This document shows, one piece after another, positions 9,938 through 19,722 of a stretch of DNA of 64,000 bases. This DNA comes from an uncultured Mycoplasma sp. (lineage in GTDB: Bacteria > Bacillota_I > Bacilli_A > RF39 > UBA660): the NCBI GenBank assembly GCA_946500895.1, contig CAMMXG010000002.1, forward strand, positions 6,574-70,573. The letters run 5' to 3'. The notes under the pieces are model-generated. The model had not been told where the DNA came from and made no database searches. It saw only the letters and a list, made by a program, of their open reading frames with translations. Position 1 is the stretch's first letter. Every line of letters starts with the position of its first letter. A program made the translations under genes and the position numbers.

Positions 9938-10817
9938 CCACCAAACTTACAAATATTTCATTTAATGATGCATCTTCTACTAAAAATTTAGTTATATTTT
10001 TGCCTTTTTTCACAATTTTAAATACATCATCTATAAACTCATCACTTTCTAGTTTAACAATGATATCTAATGATTCATCATTTACTTCAATGACACCTTT
10101 ACATTTTTTTATTTCTTCTAAATCAACATCGCCATTGATACGAATTACCTTTTTACGATAATTCTTTTTGATATCTTTTAGGGAACCACTTAAAACTGTT
10201 TTCCCTTTTAACAAAATAACTAATTTTTCACAAAATAATTCAACATGTTCCATACGATGAGATGAAAATATAATCATTTTCCCCTTCTCTTTGAATTCTC
10301 TTATTACACTCATGAATAATTCTACATTGATTGGATCGAGTCCAGTAAATGGTTCATCTAAAACTAATAGATCTGGTTCATGAATAATTGCCGTAATAAA
10401 TTGAATTTTTTGCTGATTACCTTTAGATAATTCTTTAATTTTTCGTTCTTTATATTCACTAATACCAAAACGATCTAACCAATAATCTAATTTTTTTAGA
10501 ATATCAGGTTCTTTCATTCCTTTTAATGTGGCATAATAAATTACTTGTTCTTTTACAGTAAGCTTGGTAAGTAAACTACGCTCTTCTGTTAAAAAGCCAA
10601 TCTTCTCACTTACGTCATATCCTACTGGCTTACCATTTAAAGTAATTTTACCATTGGTTGGTTCAAGTAAACTCATAATCATTCGAAATGTCGTTGTCTT
10701 ACCAGCACCATTAACACCTAGCAAGCCAAATATTTCACCATCATTGATAGTAAATGATAAGTCATCGACTGCTAAGACGTCACCATAATATTTTGTTACA
10801 TTTTCTACTTTTAACAT
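9918..10817 (-). CDS. ABC transporter ATP-binding protein
   Basis: Walker A GVNGAGKTT, signature LSKGNQQK, Walker B LLVLDEP. Confidence 0.9.
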   Translation of the reverse strand: MLKVENVTKYYGDVLAVDDLSFTINDGEIFGLLGVNGAGKTTTFRMIMSLLEPTNGKITLNGKPVGYDVSEKIGFLTEERSLLTKLTVKEQVIYYATLKGMKEPDILKKLDYWLDRFGISEYKERKIKELSKGNQQKIQFITAIIHEPDLLVLDEPFTGLDPINVELFMSVIREFKEKGKMIIFSSHRMEHVELFCEKLVILLKGKTVLSGSLKDIKKNYRKKVIRINGDVDLEEIKKCKGVIEVNDESLDIIVKLESDEFIDDVFKIVKKGKNITKFLVEDASLNEIFVSLVGEAYEK

Positions 10818-10866
10818 AAATCCTCCCTCACTATCATTTCTATTTTACTATATTTTTCACTCTACT

Positions 10867-11514
10867 TCATCCTTTTTTACAATATTGTGTAAAGTCGGAA
10901 GGTAGTTTAGCTATAAATTCATGATATTCTCCGTTTACTTTTATTCCTAATTTATAAGCATGAAGTCCTAATCTTTTAATGGGATTTGTCTTACTTCCAT
11001 ATTTTTTATCGCCGATAATAGGATACTTTAGTGAGGCAAAAGCAACGCGTATTTGGTTTTTCTTTCCTGTTTTGATAAATACTCTCACTATCGTATTTTT
11101 GCTTATTCTATTTATTACTTCAAAGTGTGTTTCCGCATACTCTCCTTTTTTGTTTTTGGATACATAAATTTTATGAGTGTGATCTTCTATTAAATAGTTT
11201 TTGATTACACCTTTTTCTTCTTTTAAATTTCCTTCTAATATAGCAATGTATTCTCGATCTGCCAAATCATTCCAATTATTTTGAAGTTCTTTTTTTATTT
11301 CTTCTGTTTTAGCAAATAATACTACTCCTGATGTGTCCTTATCTAACCTGTGAACTATAAATATTTTATTTGATTTATGTTTCTTTTTCACATACTCTCT
11401 TGCCATTTCATATAACGTTGGTGCATTCGTTCCATCACTAATAGTTAGCATTTTACTTGGTTTATTTACAACTAAAATATTTTTATCTTCATATATAATA
11501 TCTAATTTTTTCAT
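10867..11514 (-). CDS. RluA-family pseudouridine synthase
   Basis: HRLDKDTSGVVLFAK catalytic motif. Likely start MKKLDIIYEDKNILVVNKP at 11514 (AGAGG RBS). Confidence 0.85.
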   Translation of the reverse strand: MKKLDIIYEDKNILVVNKPSKMLTISDGTNAPTLYEMAREYVKKKHKSNKIFIVHRLDKDTSGVVLFAKTEEIKKELQNNWNDLADREYIAILEGNLKEEKGVIKNYLIEDHTHKIYVSKNKKGEYAETHFEVINRISKNTIVRVFIKTGKKNQIRVAFASLKYPIIGDKKYGSKTNPIKRLGLHAYKLGIKVNGEYHEFIAKLPSDFTQYCKKG

Positions 11515-11611
11515 ATAAAACCTCTTTGTATTTAACATTATATCATAGCTCTAATACTTTTAAAAAGATTCTTCTATTATCTTTATTTTTTTATTTGGCC
11601 TATTATAATAG

Positions 11612-11929
11612 TTATAGATGAGAACAGTATTTTGCAAGGGCACCTTGCAAAAATTCATTGATATCAAATTCTTTTGCAAATTTCTGCATATATCTTAAAT
11701 TTCTGGCAGGCATTTCCTTTACATTGGGAAACTCTATTTTTAAGTCTTTGGCTAGTGTATCTATAAAAGATGAACCCCATTTATTGTTTTCAAGTAATTT
11801 TAAACCAATATTATAATACATCAAAATTAATTCTTTATTGGCATTTTCTACTGCTTTATTTCTTTTTACTAATAAAGTATTTTTGATATCTTTTAATAAT
11901 TCAAAATATTCTTCTTTATTTTCAACCAT
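11612..11929 (-). pseudogene. N-terminal fragment of a DUF1016/YhcG-type (PDDEXK nuclease family) gene
   Basis: The 105 aa match only the N-terminal domain of the intact 353-aa DUF1016 protein at 43100-44161 (NKELILMYYNIGLKLLEN..WG..FIDTLAKDL..EFP...). The nuclease C-terminal part is absent. Confidence 0.55.
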
Positions 11930-11945
11930 TTTTCCTTCTACATTT

Positions 11946-12890
11946 TCAAGTTAAAAAATTCATAACTAATTGTATTAATATTTCCTTTTCTTTAGGGTTA
12001 GATTCAGCGATTAAAAGAGTTAGACTTGCTAGAGTATTGTTATCAATGACAGGTCTATCACTTACATATAAAATATTATAAAACTGTAAAAAATAAATAA
12101 AAAGAGTTGCGGCAATTCTTTTGTTTCCATCAATAAAAACATGATTTTTAACACATGCATATAAAAAATTAGCAGCTTTTTCTTCTATACTCTCATATAC
12201 ATCTACACCATCAAACGTTTGATAAATATTATTGATAATACTTTCTAATCCCTTATCTCTTTCCAGAGCAAATATATCACTTTTTTCATTAAATTTAAGG
12301 GTTTTAATAATGTCTATGCAATTTTTATAGGTTATTTTTTCATTGCTAATCTTTCCCTTTGGCTTGGTTAGGCTTTTATGGTCATAATCATCTAGTAAAT
12401 CTAATGATTTGGTATAGCTTTGTAATACTTTGATAATGTCGCTAGCACCTACCCTGTCTAATCCTTCTAAATTACGACTAGCTATATCAATTAACTTGAC
12501 TGTTTTTTCTAAATACTCTAATCTTTTTTCATTGATGGCATATCCTTTAATTAGATAATCTTTTAATATTTTATTAGCCCATCTTCTAAAGATTACACCA
12601 TTTTTAGATTTCACACGATAACCAACGCTGATTATCATATCTAGATTGTAATATTCGATATTACGGGTTACTTCACGTTCTCCTTCTTTTCCAACTGTTG
12701 CAAATTTTGCAACAGTTGAATTCATTTCTAATTCTTCTTCTAAGGCATTCTTGATATGTCTAGAAATGACAGATTTATCTCTATCAAATAATTTTGCCAT
12801 TTGTTCTAGAGATAACCATACGGTTTCATCTTTCATGTTTACTTCTAGTTTTACATTTTGATTTTCAAAGATTATTATTTCATTTTTCAA
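11946..12890 (-). CDS. RhuM-like N-terminal domain fused to a Fic/Doc (Fido) domain
   Basis: N-terminal part: EIIIFENQNVKLEV...WLSLEQMAKLFDRDKSVISRHIKN...VGYRV.S..G..FR.WA (RhuM pattern). C-terminal part: HVFIDGNKRIAA (Doc-type Fic motif). Probable TTG start at 12890 after GGAGG. Confidence 0.7.
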   Translation of the reverse strand: MKNEIIIFENQNVKLEVNMKDETVWLSLEQMAKLFDRDKSVISRHIKNALEEELEMNSTVAKFATVGKEGEREVTRNIEYYNLDMIISVGYRVKSKNGVIFRRWANKILKDYLIKGYAINEKRLEYLEKTVKLIDIASRNLEGLDRVGASDIIKVLQSYTKSLDLLDDYDHKSLTKPKGKISNEKITYKNCIDIIKTLKFNEKSDIFALERDKGLESIINNIYQTFDGVDVYESIEEKAANFLYACVKNHVFIDGNKRIAATLFIYFLQFYNILYVSDRPVIDNNTLASLTLLIAESNPKEKEILIQLVMNFLT

Positions 12891-13051
12891 TTTAAAACCT
12901 CCCATTAAATAAAATTATAAAGTTACACTCCTACTATTATTTATTACTAGCACAATTCTTATCTCCTTTTTTATTCACATCATTTTACAATATTTTACAT
13001 ATTTTTAGACAAAGAAAAAATCCACTAGTTTCCTAGTAGAATTTTTATCTA

Positions 13052-13810
13052 TTATACACAAGTATATCCGCCATCAACTGGTAAGATTACGCCTGTTACA
13101 TAGCTTGCTTCAGCGCTTCCTAAGAAAATTGCTGCAGCATTTAACTCGCCTTCATGACCATATCTTCCAAGTGGTACCGTAGATTTCATGTATGCAGTGA
13201 ATGAATCGGTAATTAATGTTTCATGCGTAAGTTCGGTATCAAAATATCCTGGACATATCGCATTACAAGTAATACCATATTTGGCTAGTTCAGCAGCAAC
13301 GGCACGAGTAAAATTAATAACTCCACCTTTACTTGTATGATAAGCAACTGTATCCATAGCCATATTTCCGACCATTCCATACATAGATGCAATGTTTATG
13401 ATACGACCATAATTTTTTTCTTTCATAATATTAGCGAATGCCCTTGTTACATAGAATAAACTTGTCATATCTGTTTTGATTGTGAAATCCCAATCTTCAT
13501 CCGTCATATCTAAGACTCCGGCATTTTTAGCACTGCCAGCACAGTTAACTAAAACATCAACTTTACCATATTTTTCTTTAACTTCTTTAGCAGCAGCATT
13601 TACGCTTTCTACATCCGTTACATCACATTTAATTGGATATGCTTCTGCTCCTAGAGCACGTATTTCATCCGCAACAGCTTCTAGTTTTTCTAGACGTCTT
13701 GCTGTTATTACTACAGATGCCCCTTGACGCGCATAGCCTAGAGCCATCTGGCGTCCTAAACCAGATGATGCCCCAGATACTACAACGATTTTGCCTGTAT
13801 AATCAAACAT
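13052..13810 (-). CDS. Short-chain dehydrogenase/reductase (SDR)
   Basis: VSGASSGLGR cofactor motif and YHTSKGG (YxxxK). Confidence 0.9.
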   Translation of the reverse strand: MFDYTGKIVVVSGASSGLGRQMALGYARQGASVVITARRLEKLEAVADEIRALGAEAYPIKCDVTDVESVNAAAKEVKEKYGKVDVLVNCAGSAKNAGVLDMTDEDWDFTIKTDMTSLFYVTRAFANIMKEKNYGRIINIASMYGMVGNMAMDTVAYHTSKGGVINFTRAVAAELAKYGITCNAICPGYFDTELTHETLITDSFTAYMKSTVPLGRYGHEGELNAAAIFLGSAEASYVTGVILPVDGGYTCV

Positions 13811-13822
13811 TTTATTTCTCCT

Positions 13823-15259
13823 TTACTTGGTAATATTTTTTAAAATAACAGTTTTGGTTCTTGACATTTCTTTTAGTGTAGTCATAATTCCTTCATTACC
13901 AATTCCAGAATATTTCCAACCACCAAATGGTTGTTCAAATGAACGGAAGAATGATGCACCATTAATAACAAAGCCGCCACATTCCATAGCTTCACTAACT
14001 TTAATAGCTTTACTAATATCTTTCGTAATAATTGAACCAGATAAACCATAAATAGATTTATTGGCAATTTCAATTGCTTCATCTAGGTTATCAAAACCAA
14101 TTACAGGAATTACTGGACCAAAGATTTCCATATCTTTTGCTACTTCCATATCTGGAGTAACGTTATCCAAAATAGTTGGTTCATAGAAAGCACCATTACG
14201 TTTGCCACCACAAACTAGAGTTGCACCAGCAGCAATGGTTTCATTAACTTGACGTTCTACTTCAATAGCAGCTTCTTCACTTACTAAGCAACCAATATCG
14301 GTAGACATATCTTGAGGATTGCCTTGTTTTAATGAATTAATTTTATCAGTCATTTTTCTAATAAATTCATCTTTAACAGAATTTTCAACTAAAAATCTTT
14401 TTGATGCACAACATACTTGACCAGTGTTGTAAAGTCTTCCCCAAACAGTTTCTTCAATAGCTAAATCCATATCGCCATCCGCACAAAGAATAAAAGCATC
14501 GTTTCCACCTAGTTCTAGAGAACTATGCGCACAATGTTCAGCACAATTTTTGGCAGCATCAATTCCGGCCGCAGTAGAACCAGTTAAACTTACCATATCA
14601 ACCTTCTTACTACTAGTTAAAGTTTTGCCAACAACACTACCACTTCCATGAACTACACTTATTACACCAGCTGGAACTCCTGCTTCAACAAGTAATTCAA
14701 CATATCTTGTAAGTGTTAATGGGTTTACACTAGCAGGTTTAAGTATTACCGCATTTCCCATTAATAATGCAGGTGGTACTTTATTAATAAATATATCACT
14801 TGGGAAATTGAATGGAATAATTGCTACTACTACTCCTAAAGGTTGTTGAATCGTATATTGAATAGTATTTTCTTGGCCTTTTTCTGTTCCACGATAGACA
14901 ATGTTTCCATATTCATGTTTTACTTTTTCAACATATCCAGGAACACCAATTTGGATATTTGCTATTTCATTATAAGCTTCTTTAATTGGTTTACCTGTTT
15001 CTTTTGATAATAACATTGCTAATTCATCTTTATTTTCTTCTACGAGTTCTGCAAATTTTGATAATACTTCACAACGTTCAATTACACTTTTTGCTTCCCA
15101 ATCTTTCTGATGAGCATCTGCATAGTCAATTGCAGCTTCTACATCTTCTTTTGTCAAACTTGGTACGGTATCAACTAGTTCGCCTGTGGCAGGGTTATAT
15201 ACTTCAATAACCTTGCCATCAGATGAATCGCACCATTTATTTCCGATTAAACTTTTCAT
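13823..15259 (-). CDS. NAD(P)-dependent aldehyde dehydrogenase
   Basis: LELGGND and GQVCCASKR catalytic-Cys motifs; 478 aa. Confidence 0.9.
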   Translation of the reverse strand: MKSLIGNKWCDSSDGKVIEVYNPATGELVDTVPSLTKEDVEAAIDYADAHQKDWEAKSVIERCEVLSKFAELVEENKDELAMLLSKETGKPIKEAYNEIANIQIGVPGYVEKVKHEYGNIVYRGTEKGQENTIQYTIQQPLGVVVAIIPFNFPSDIFINKVPPALLMGNAVILKPASVNPLTLTRYVELLVEAGVPAGVISVVHGSGSVVGKTLTSSKKVDMVSLTGSTAAGIDAAKNCAEHCAHSSLELGGNDAFILCADGDMDLAIEETVWGRLYNTGQVCCASKRFLVENSVKDEFIRKMTDKINSLKQGNPQDMSTDIGCLVSEEAAIEVERQVNETIAAGATLVCGGKRNGAFYEPTILDNVTPDMEVAKDMEIFGPVIPVIGFDNLDEAIEIANKSIYGLSGSIITKDISKAIKVSEAMECGGFVINGASFFRSFEQPFGGWKYSGIGNEGIMTTLKEMSRTKTVILKNITK

Positions 15260-15278
15260 TTATCTTCCTCCTTTATTT

Positions 15279-16451
15279 TTATTCTCCAAATGCTGTATAT
15301 GAAAGTGATAATCCACCAACAGTATTAGATGAATGATCTCCTCTACCATATTCACCAAATGTAAATACCATTAAGAATTCTTTATCTGGAATTGCCTTCT
15401 TTACTTCTGGATAAATTTTATCTTCAATGCTTGCAAGAGCAAGTCCAAGTCTACGTCCACCACAGTGAACTAAGAAATAACTCTCTATCTCGCCTTCCAT
15501 CATATCAGTTACTTTTTCGATTGTTTCTTCGTTGGCTTTTAATATTCCTTCTGGAGTATTAGATAATTGTATTACAGCAGTATTAACAGCTAAGTCAGCA
15601 CCAATATTCATAGAATAATCATCATTACCATTCATTGGGTGACGAACTGCAATTACTTTACCAATAGGATCTTTTACGCCTAAAGGTGCACAAATTGTTT
15701 CGGTAAGTAGATTACCTCCCATTAATGAATCTACATCTTTGCCTGTCCATTCAGCATATTTTTTTAGGGCTGGTTCATGATCGATTTCTACTAAAGTTCT
15801 ACTACCCTCTACTTTGGTAATGATACCAGCATTTTCAGTTTCATGATAAGCGCCTGTATAAAGGTTTTTCATTTCACCATTTGTATAGAAAATGGCAATA
15901 ACACAACCATCAGCAAAAGATTCTCCATCATTTAAGATACTCCATTTACCTTCTACGGTGTTATCAGCAGCAGAACCACCAAACACAGGAATATCACCAA
16001 TAACATCTTGAATTCCTTTCATATATTCTTCTTCATTGGCAGGACTTGCACTCATAAAGAAGAAATCAGGTTCTAGGTCACTACCTTTTACTTTACTTAC
16101 TGCTTCTTCAGCAATTCGTCTACCTATTTCTCTAGGACTTTCATCTGTCTTTTTAGAGCCAGCGGTAACTACTTCAACGTCACCACCAAAAAGCATCATT
16201 CCTGAATATCCTGTTTCCTTATTTAGATATCCATCTTGAGTACATAAGGCTGCTGATGAAGTACATCCAATAATTGGAACGTCACCTAGTACACTTTTTG
16301 CTCCTTCCATAAGTTTTGCTTGATCTTGAACACAACTTGTAAAGAATAATCCAACTTGAGGGTTTTCCATTACGTTTGCCATTTTGGCAGTTTCTACACC
16401 TGATGTGTATGCATCTGCATTTTCACTGTATCCAACTTTTGTTTTTAACAT
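15279..16451 (-). CDS. FIST-domain protein (FIST_N + FIST_C, no output domain)
   Basis: 390 aa. The C-terminal LVHCGGRRLGL...VFTFGEYG resembles the FIST_C pattern. First gene of the three-gene GC-richer cassette. Confidence 0.55.
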   Translation of the reverse strand: MLKTKVGYSENADAYTSGVETAKMANVMENPQVGLFFTSCVQDQAKLMEGAKSVLGDVPIIGCTSSAALCTQDGYLNKETGYSGMMLFGGDVEVVTAGSKKTDESPREIGRRIAEEAVSKVKGSDLEPDFFFMSASPANEEEYMKGIQDVIGDIPVFGGSAADNTVEGKWSILNDGESFADGCVIAIFYTNGEMKNLYTGAYHETENAGIITKVEGSRTLVEIDHEPALKKYAEWTGKDVDSLMGGNLLTETICAPLGVKDPIGKVIAVRHPMNGNDDYSMNIGADLAVNTAVIQLSNTPEGILKANEETIEKVTDMMEGEIESYFLVHCGGRRLGLALASIEDKIYPEVKKAIPDKEFLMVFTFGEYGRGDHSSNTVGGLSLSYTAFGE

Positions 16452-16667
16452 TTTTTCACTCTCCTTTACTTAACTAATGTTTTCTACTAAATTTGGACAT
16501 TAAAATTCATTATTGTTTTATTATCTACTTTTTAGTGCACCATTACCTCCATTCTCTATTATTCATTGTACCACAAATTTCAATTTTATACTTTATTATT
16601 CCAAAAATTTAACAAAAAAGTGTAAACTATTTAGTAATTTCTTTTACTCTGTTTATTAAAGCATTTG

Positions 16668-16976
16668 TTACCAAATCGTTGCAAGCATGGCAACACCTTG
16701 TTCTGTAAATACATACGGATTATATCTTCTACCACCTTTTATGCTTGAGGTTCCAATCTGGAACTTCAAAGTTTGATATTCTGTATTTGTTAATTAAAAC
16801 ATAAATCTTTCTGGAAATCTTTCTAAGTTTCTTTTTACTGCTTTATTTATATCTTTGGTGCCATTTGTACATTTATAAAGCCTTGCCAAATCACTATCTA
16901 ACATTACTTGCTTGCCACGAATTTCATAAATTAAATTTTCAATATTTTCTTCTTTTTTTAACTCTAATTCTTTCAT
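16668..16976 (-). pseudogene. ORF6N-domain (KilA-N-like) gene, frameshifted and truncated
   Basis: The 60-aa ORF (IYEIRGKQVMLDSDLARLYKCTNGTKDINKAVKRNLERFPERFMF) stops. The homologous continuation (QLTNTEYQTLKFQIGTSSIKGGRRYNPYVFTEQGVAMLATIW) is readable in another frame down to a stop at 16668. Confidence 0.6.
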
Positions 16977-17117
16977 TTATTTTTTCCTCCCCTGATTTTT
17001 ATAGCTTAATTATAACAGTCATACATTTGTATGTCAATGCTTATTTTAAATTATAATAAAATTTTCTTGTACTTTTGTATTAATTATGTTATAAGTAATA
17101 AAGAAAGAAGGTTATTT

Positions 17118-17591
17118 ATGTCTTTAGTAAAAGCAAAAGAATATTTAAAAAAATTTGGTTTGGATAAAAATGTTATAGAGTTTAGTGAGAGTACAGCAAC
17201 TGTTAGAGAGGCAGCAGAAGCTTTAAATTGTGAAGATGCCCAAATTGCTAAAACAATGGCTTTTTTAGTGGATGATTCTCCTATTTTAATTATAGCTAGT
17301 GGCGATAAAAAAATTGATAATTCAAAATTTAAACAAATTTTTCATACGAAAGCAAAAATGATTCCATTTGATGAGTTGGAAACACTTATTGGTCATGCTG
17401 CCGGAGGAGTTTGTCCTTTTGGAATTCATGATGGTGTAAAAGTATATTTAGATGTTTCTCTAAAAGAGTTTGATACTGTTTATCCGGCCTGTGGTACTAG
17501 TAATAGTGCTGTTAAATTAACACTAGAAGAACTTGAAAAAGCATCTGATTATTTAGAATATGTGGATGTATGCAAAAAGCCTGAAAATTAA
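17118..17591 (+). CDS. YbaK/EbsC-type aminoacyl-tRNA deacylase domain protein
   Basis: MSLVKAKEYL... from ATG 17118 after GAAGG. HAAGGVCPFG motif. Confidence 0.75.
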   Translation: MSLVKAKEYLKKFGLDKNVIEFSESTATVREAAEALNCEDAQIAKTMAFLVDDSPILIIASGDKKIDNSKFKQIFHTKAKMIPFDELETLIGHAAGGVCPFGIHDGVKVYLDVSLKEFDTVYPACGTSNSAVKLTLEELEKASDYLEYVDVCKKPEN

Positions 17592-17602
17592 TTCAGACTT
17601 TT

Positions 17603-18313
17603 TTACTTTTTAAACTTCAAAATATAATCTTTCATTTCTTTACTTACTCGATAACTATCTCTTATTTTACTAATACTTTTATTGATTGTAAATTTATTTA
17701 ATTTATTGTGTTCTAAGTATTTTAAACCAACACTTTCATATTTTATAAATATTTCACATACAAGCCAAGCTTCACCCATATTAACATAATATTCATCACT
17801 TTTAATATTATCTAAATATTTTAAAATTAAATCTAAATATTCTTCTTCTACATAATAGCATAATAATAAAATAAGTCCTACTCTGATATGATATGTTTGA
17901 TTGCTTTTAACTAATTTATCTATTTTGGTTAGAAAATAATCTTTATTTTTGTCAACTATCTTTAAACTATTACAAAAAGTATCACATAAAGCCCAATTAT
18001 CAATTAAATTAATAGCATCATCAAAGTAAAGCATTAATACATTGATATCTTTGATATTTGCAAACACTAGTAGTTTAATCATGATTTCTTCATAATAAGT
18101 ATTTTTGCTATACTTTAAAAATTCTTGAATATTTCCTTTGGGGATATCTTTGGCTATACTTCTTAATTTAGGAAGTCTTATACCCAACATTTCATATTTA
18201 GTAAAAGTTATTTTTTCGCTAAATTCTTTATACTTTTTTTCACTAATACTTTTTAAATATTCAATAAATTCTTGATAAGAATTATTGTTCCATTCTATAT
18301 TTTTTAAATCCAT
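17603..18313 (-). CDS. DNA alkylation repair (AlkD-like HEAT-repeat) protein
   Basis: YKEFSEKI......MLGIRLPKLRSIAK ... IDNWALCD pattern of the DNA_alkylation family. Likely start MDLKNIEW at 18313. Confidence 0.65.
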   Translation of the reverse strand: MDLKNIEWNNNSYQEFIEYLKSISEKKYKEFSEKITFTKYEMLGIRLPKLRSIAKDIPKGNIQEFLKYSKNTYYEEIMIKLLVFANIKDINVLMLYFDDAINLIDNWALCDTFCNSLKIVDKNKDYFLTKIDKLVKSNQTYHIRVGLILLLCYYVEEEYLDLILKYLDNIKSDEYYVNMGEAWLVCEIFIKYESVGLKYLEHNKLNKFTINKSISKIRDSYRVSKEMKDYILKFKK

Positions 18314-18341
18314 AATACTCACCAATACAATGATATCAATT

Positions 18342-19415
18342 CTAATAATTTCTTTCAATATATTTTGTTATTTTATGATTATTAGAATATTTAAAAGTAA
18401 AGCGATAATTATTAATAGATGAAAAATATTTGGAAAAAGTTATTTGCTTTTTATTATATAAATCATTACTATTTTTTATTCTTTTTTGTACTTTATTCCA
18501 TGTTTCTTTTCTAAGTTTTATTATTGTCTTTTTATTTCTTATTTTAAAATAATAACCTAAAAAGACGAATCCTTCTTTTGTATTAATTATCTTTGTTTTA
18601 TTTTCATTAATATTCAAATGATAAATGTTATTTAATTGATATTTTATTTTAATTAGACATTCTGCCAAATAATATTTGTCATGATGAAATATTAAAAAGT
18701 CATCCATATATCGAACATAATACTTTAAATGTAAATTGTGAATAATATAATGGTCTAATCTATTTAAATAAAAAATGCTTAAAAATTGACTTGTTAAATT
18801 ACCAATAGGAAGGCCTTTACCAAATTCATAATTTGGTAAACTAAAATTTTTTTCTTGATATTTTAAAATCGTACGATATACATAATATTCATTTGTAATA
18901 TCAATAATAGAATTAATTATTTTATATTCTGAAATAGTTAATTCATTTTTAATCATTCTTTTTAATACTTCATGATCAATATGATAAAAATACTTAGAAA
19001 TATCTATTTTTAGTACATATACTTGATCGTATTTTTTAAGTTGTTCTAAATATTTTTTAACCAACTTTATTCCATAATCGCTACCCATATTCTTTCTCGT
19101 AGCAATATTTCTATGGTCTAAATACTTTTCTAATTTTGGTTTTAAAATAAACTCTGTAACGTAATGATTAATGATTTTATCATGTATACTTAGGGACATT
19201 ACAATTCTTTTTTTAGGCTCTCTAATTAAAAAAATATTATAGTGTTCTACCCTATAATTATTATTTTTTAGTTCATAATAAATATTGATTAAATTTTGAA
19301 ATTTATTTCTTTCAAAATTTAATAATTTTTTCTTGTTTTTTACATTTTTACTAATTTGATGCTCATAAATAAATAATAGATCTTTAAACTTTACTTCCAT
19401 TTTTAATCCATCCAT
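18342..19415 (-). CDS. DGR-type reverse transcriptase
   Basis: FLIREPKKRIV, KIDISKYFYHIDH, GLPIGNLTSQFLSIFYLNRLDH (DGR-typical I/LGxxxSQ) and YVRYMDDFLIF (YxDD). An alternative start at 19400 (MEVKF) has the better RBS. Overlaps avd by 17-32 nt. Confidence 0.9.
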   Translation of the reverse strand: MDGLKMEVKFKDLLFIYEHQISKNVKNKKKLLNFERNKFQNLINIYYELKNNNYRVEHYNIFLIREPKKRIVMSLSIHDKIINHYVTEFILKPKLEKYLDHRNIATRKNMGSDYGIKLVKKYLEQLKKYDQVYVLKIDISKYFYHIDHEVLKRMIKNELTISEYKIINSIIDITNEYYVYRTILKYQEKNFSLPNYEFGKGLPIGNLTSQFLSIFYLNRLDHYIIHNLHLKYYVRYMDDFLIFHHDKYYLAECLIKIKYQLNNIYHLNINENKTKIINTKEGFVFLGYYFKIRNKKTIIKLRKETWNKVQKRIKNSNDLYNKKQITFSKYFSSINNYRFTFKYSNNHKITKYIERNY

Positions 19416-19722
19416 AAATCATTTTGGTTATAACAGATAATTCTTGTACTTTATGTATACATGTTTTTTCACTAATATACTTCTTCTTAAACGATTCTTC
19501 AAAATAAAAATCTAACATATTAATTTTAGATATAATTAATTGTTGTTCTTCTAACTTATCTTGTTTTAAATTAGCAAGTAATATTAATTCTAATATTTCA
19601 TAACTTGTACTTTTTATTTTGTCTTTTAGTATTTTTTCACTTTTAGGATAATTAATTAAAAAAGAATCTAGAGATAAAATAAATTGCTTCATATTTTTTA
19701 CAATTCGAAACTCATTATTCAT
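19384..19722 (-). CDS. avd: Avd-like four-helix-bundle accessory protein
   Basis: 112 aa and helical, with the ...INYPKSEK..L...I....YEILELILLAN...... and ...KMIYGWIKN pattern typical of four-helix-bundle/Avd proteins. Lies immediately upstream of, and overlapping, the RT. Confidence 0.7.
   Translation of the reverse strand: MNNEFRIVKNMKQFILSLDSFLINYPKSEKILKDKIKSTSYEILELILLANLKQDKLEEQQLIISKINMLDFYFEESFKKKYISEKTCIHKVQELSVITKMIYGWIKNGSKV

Noticed and set aside
18342-19415. The RT could be a retron or a group II intron maturase.
   Set aside because: No flanking msr/msd-like inverted repeats or intron RNA domains were seen, and there are no X or endonuclease domains. The RT carries the DGR-typical IGNLTSQ motif, is preceded by an Avd-like ORF, and lies next to a TR/VR pair with A-specific mismatches.
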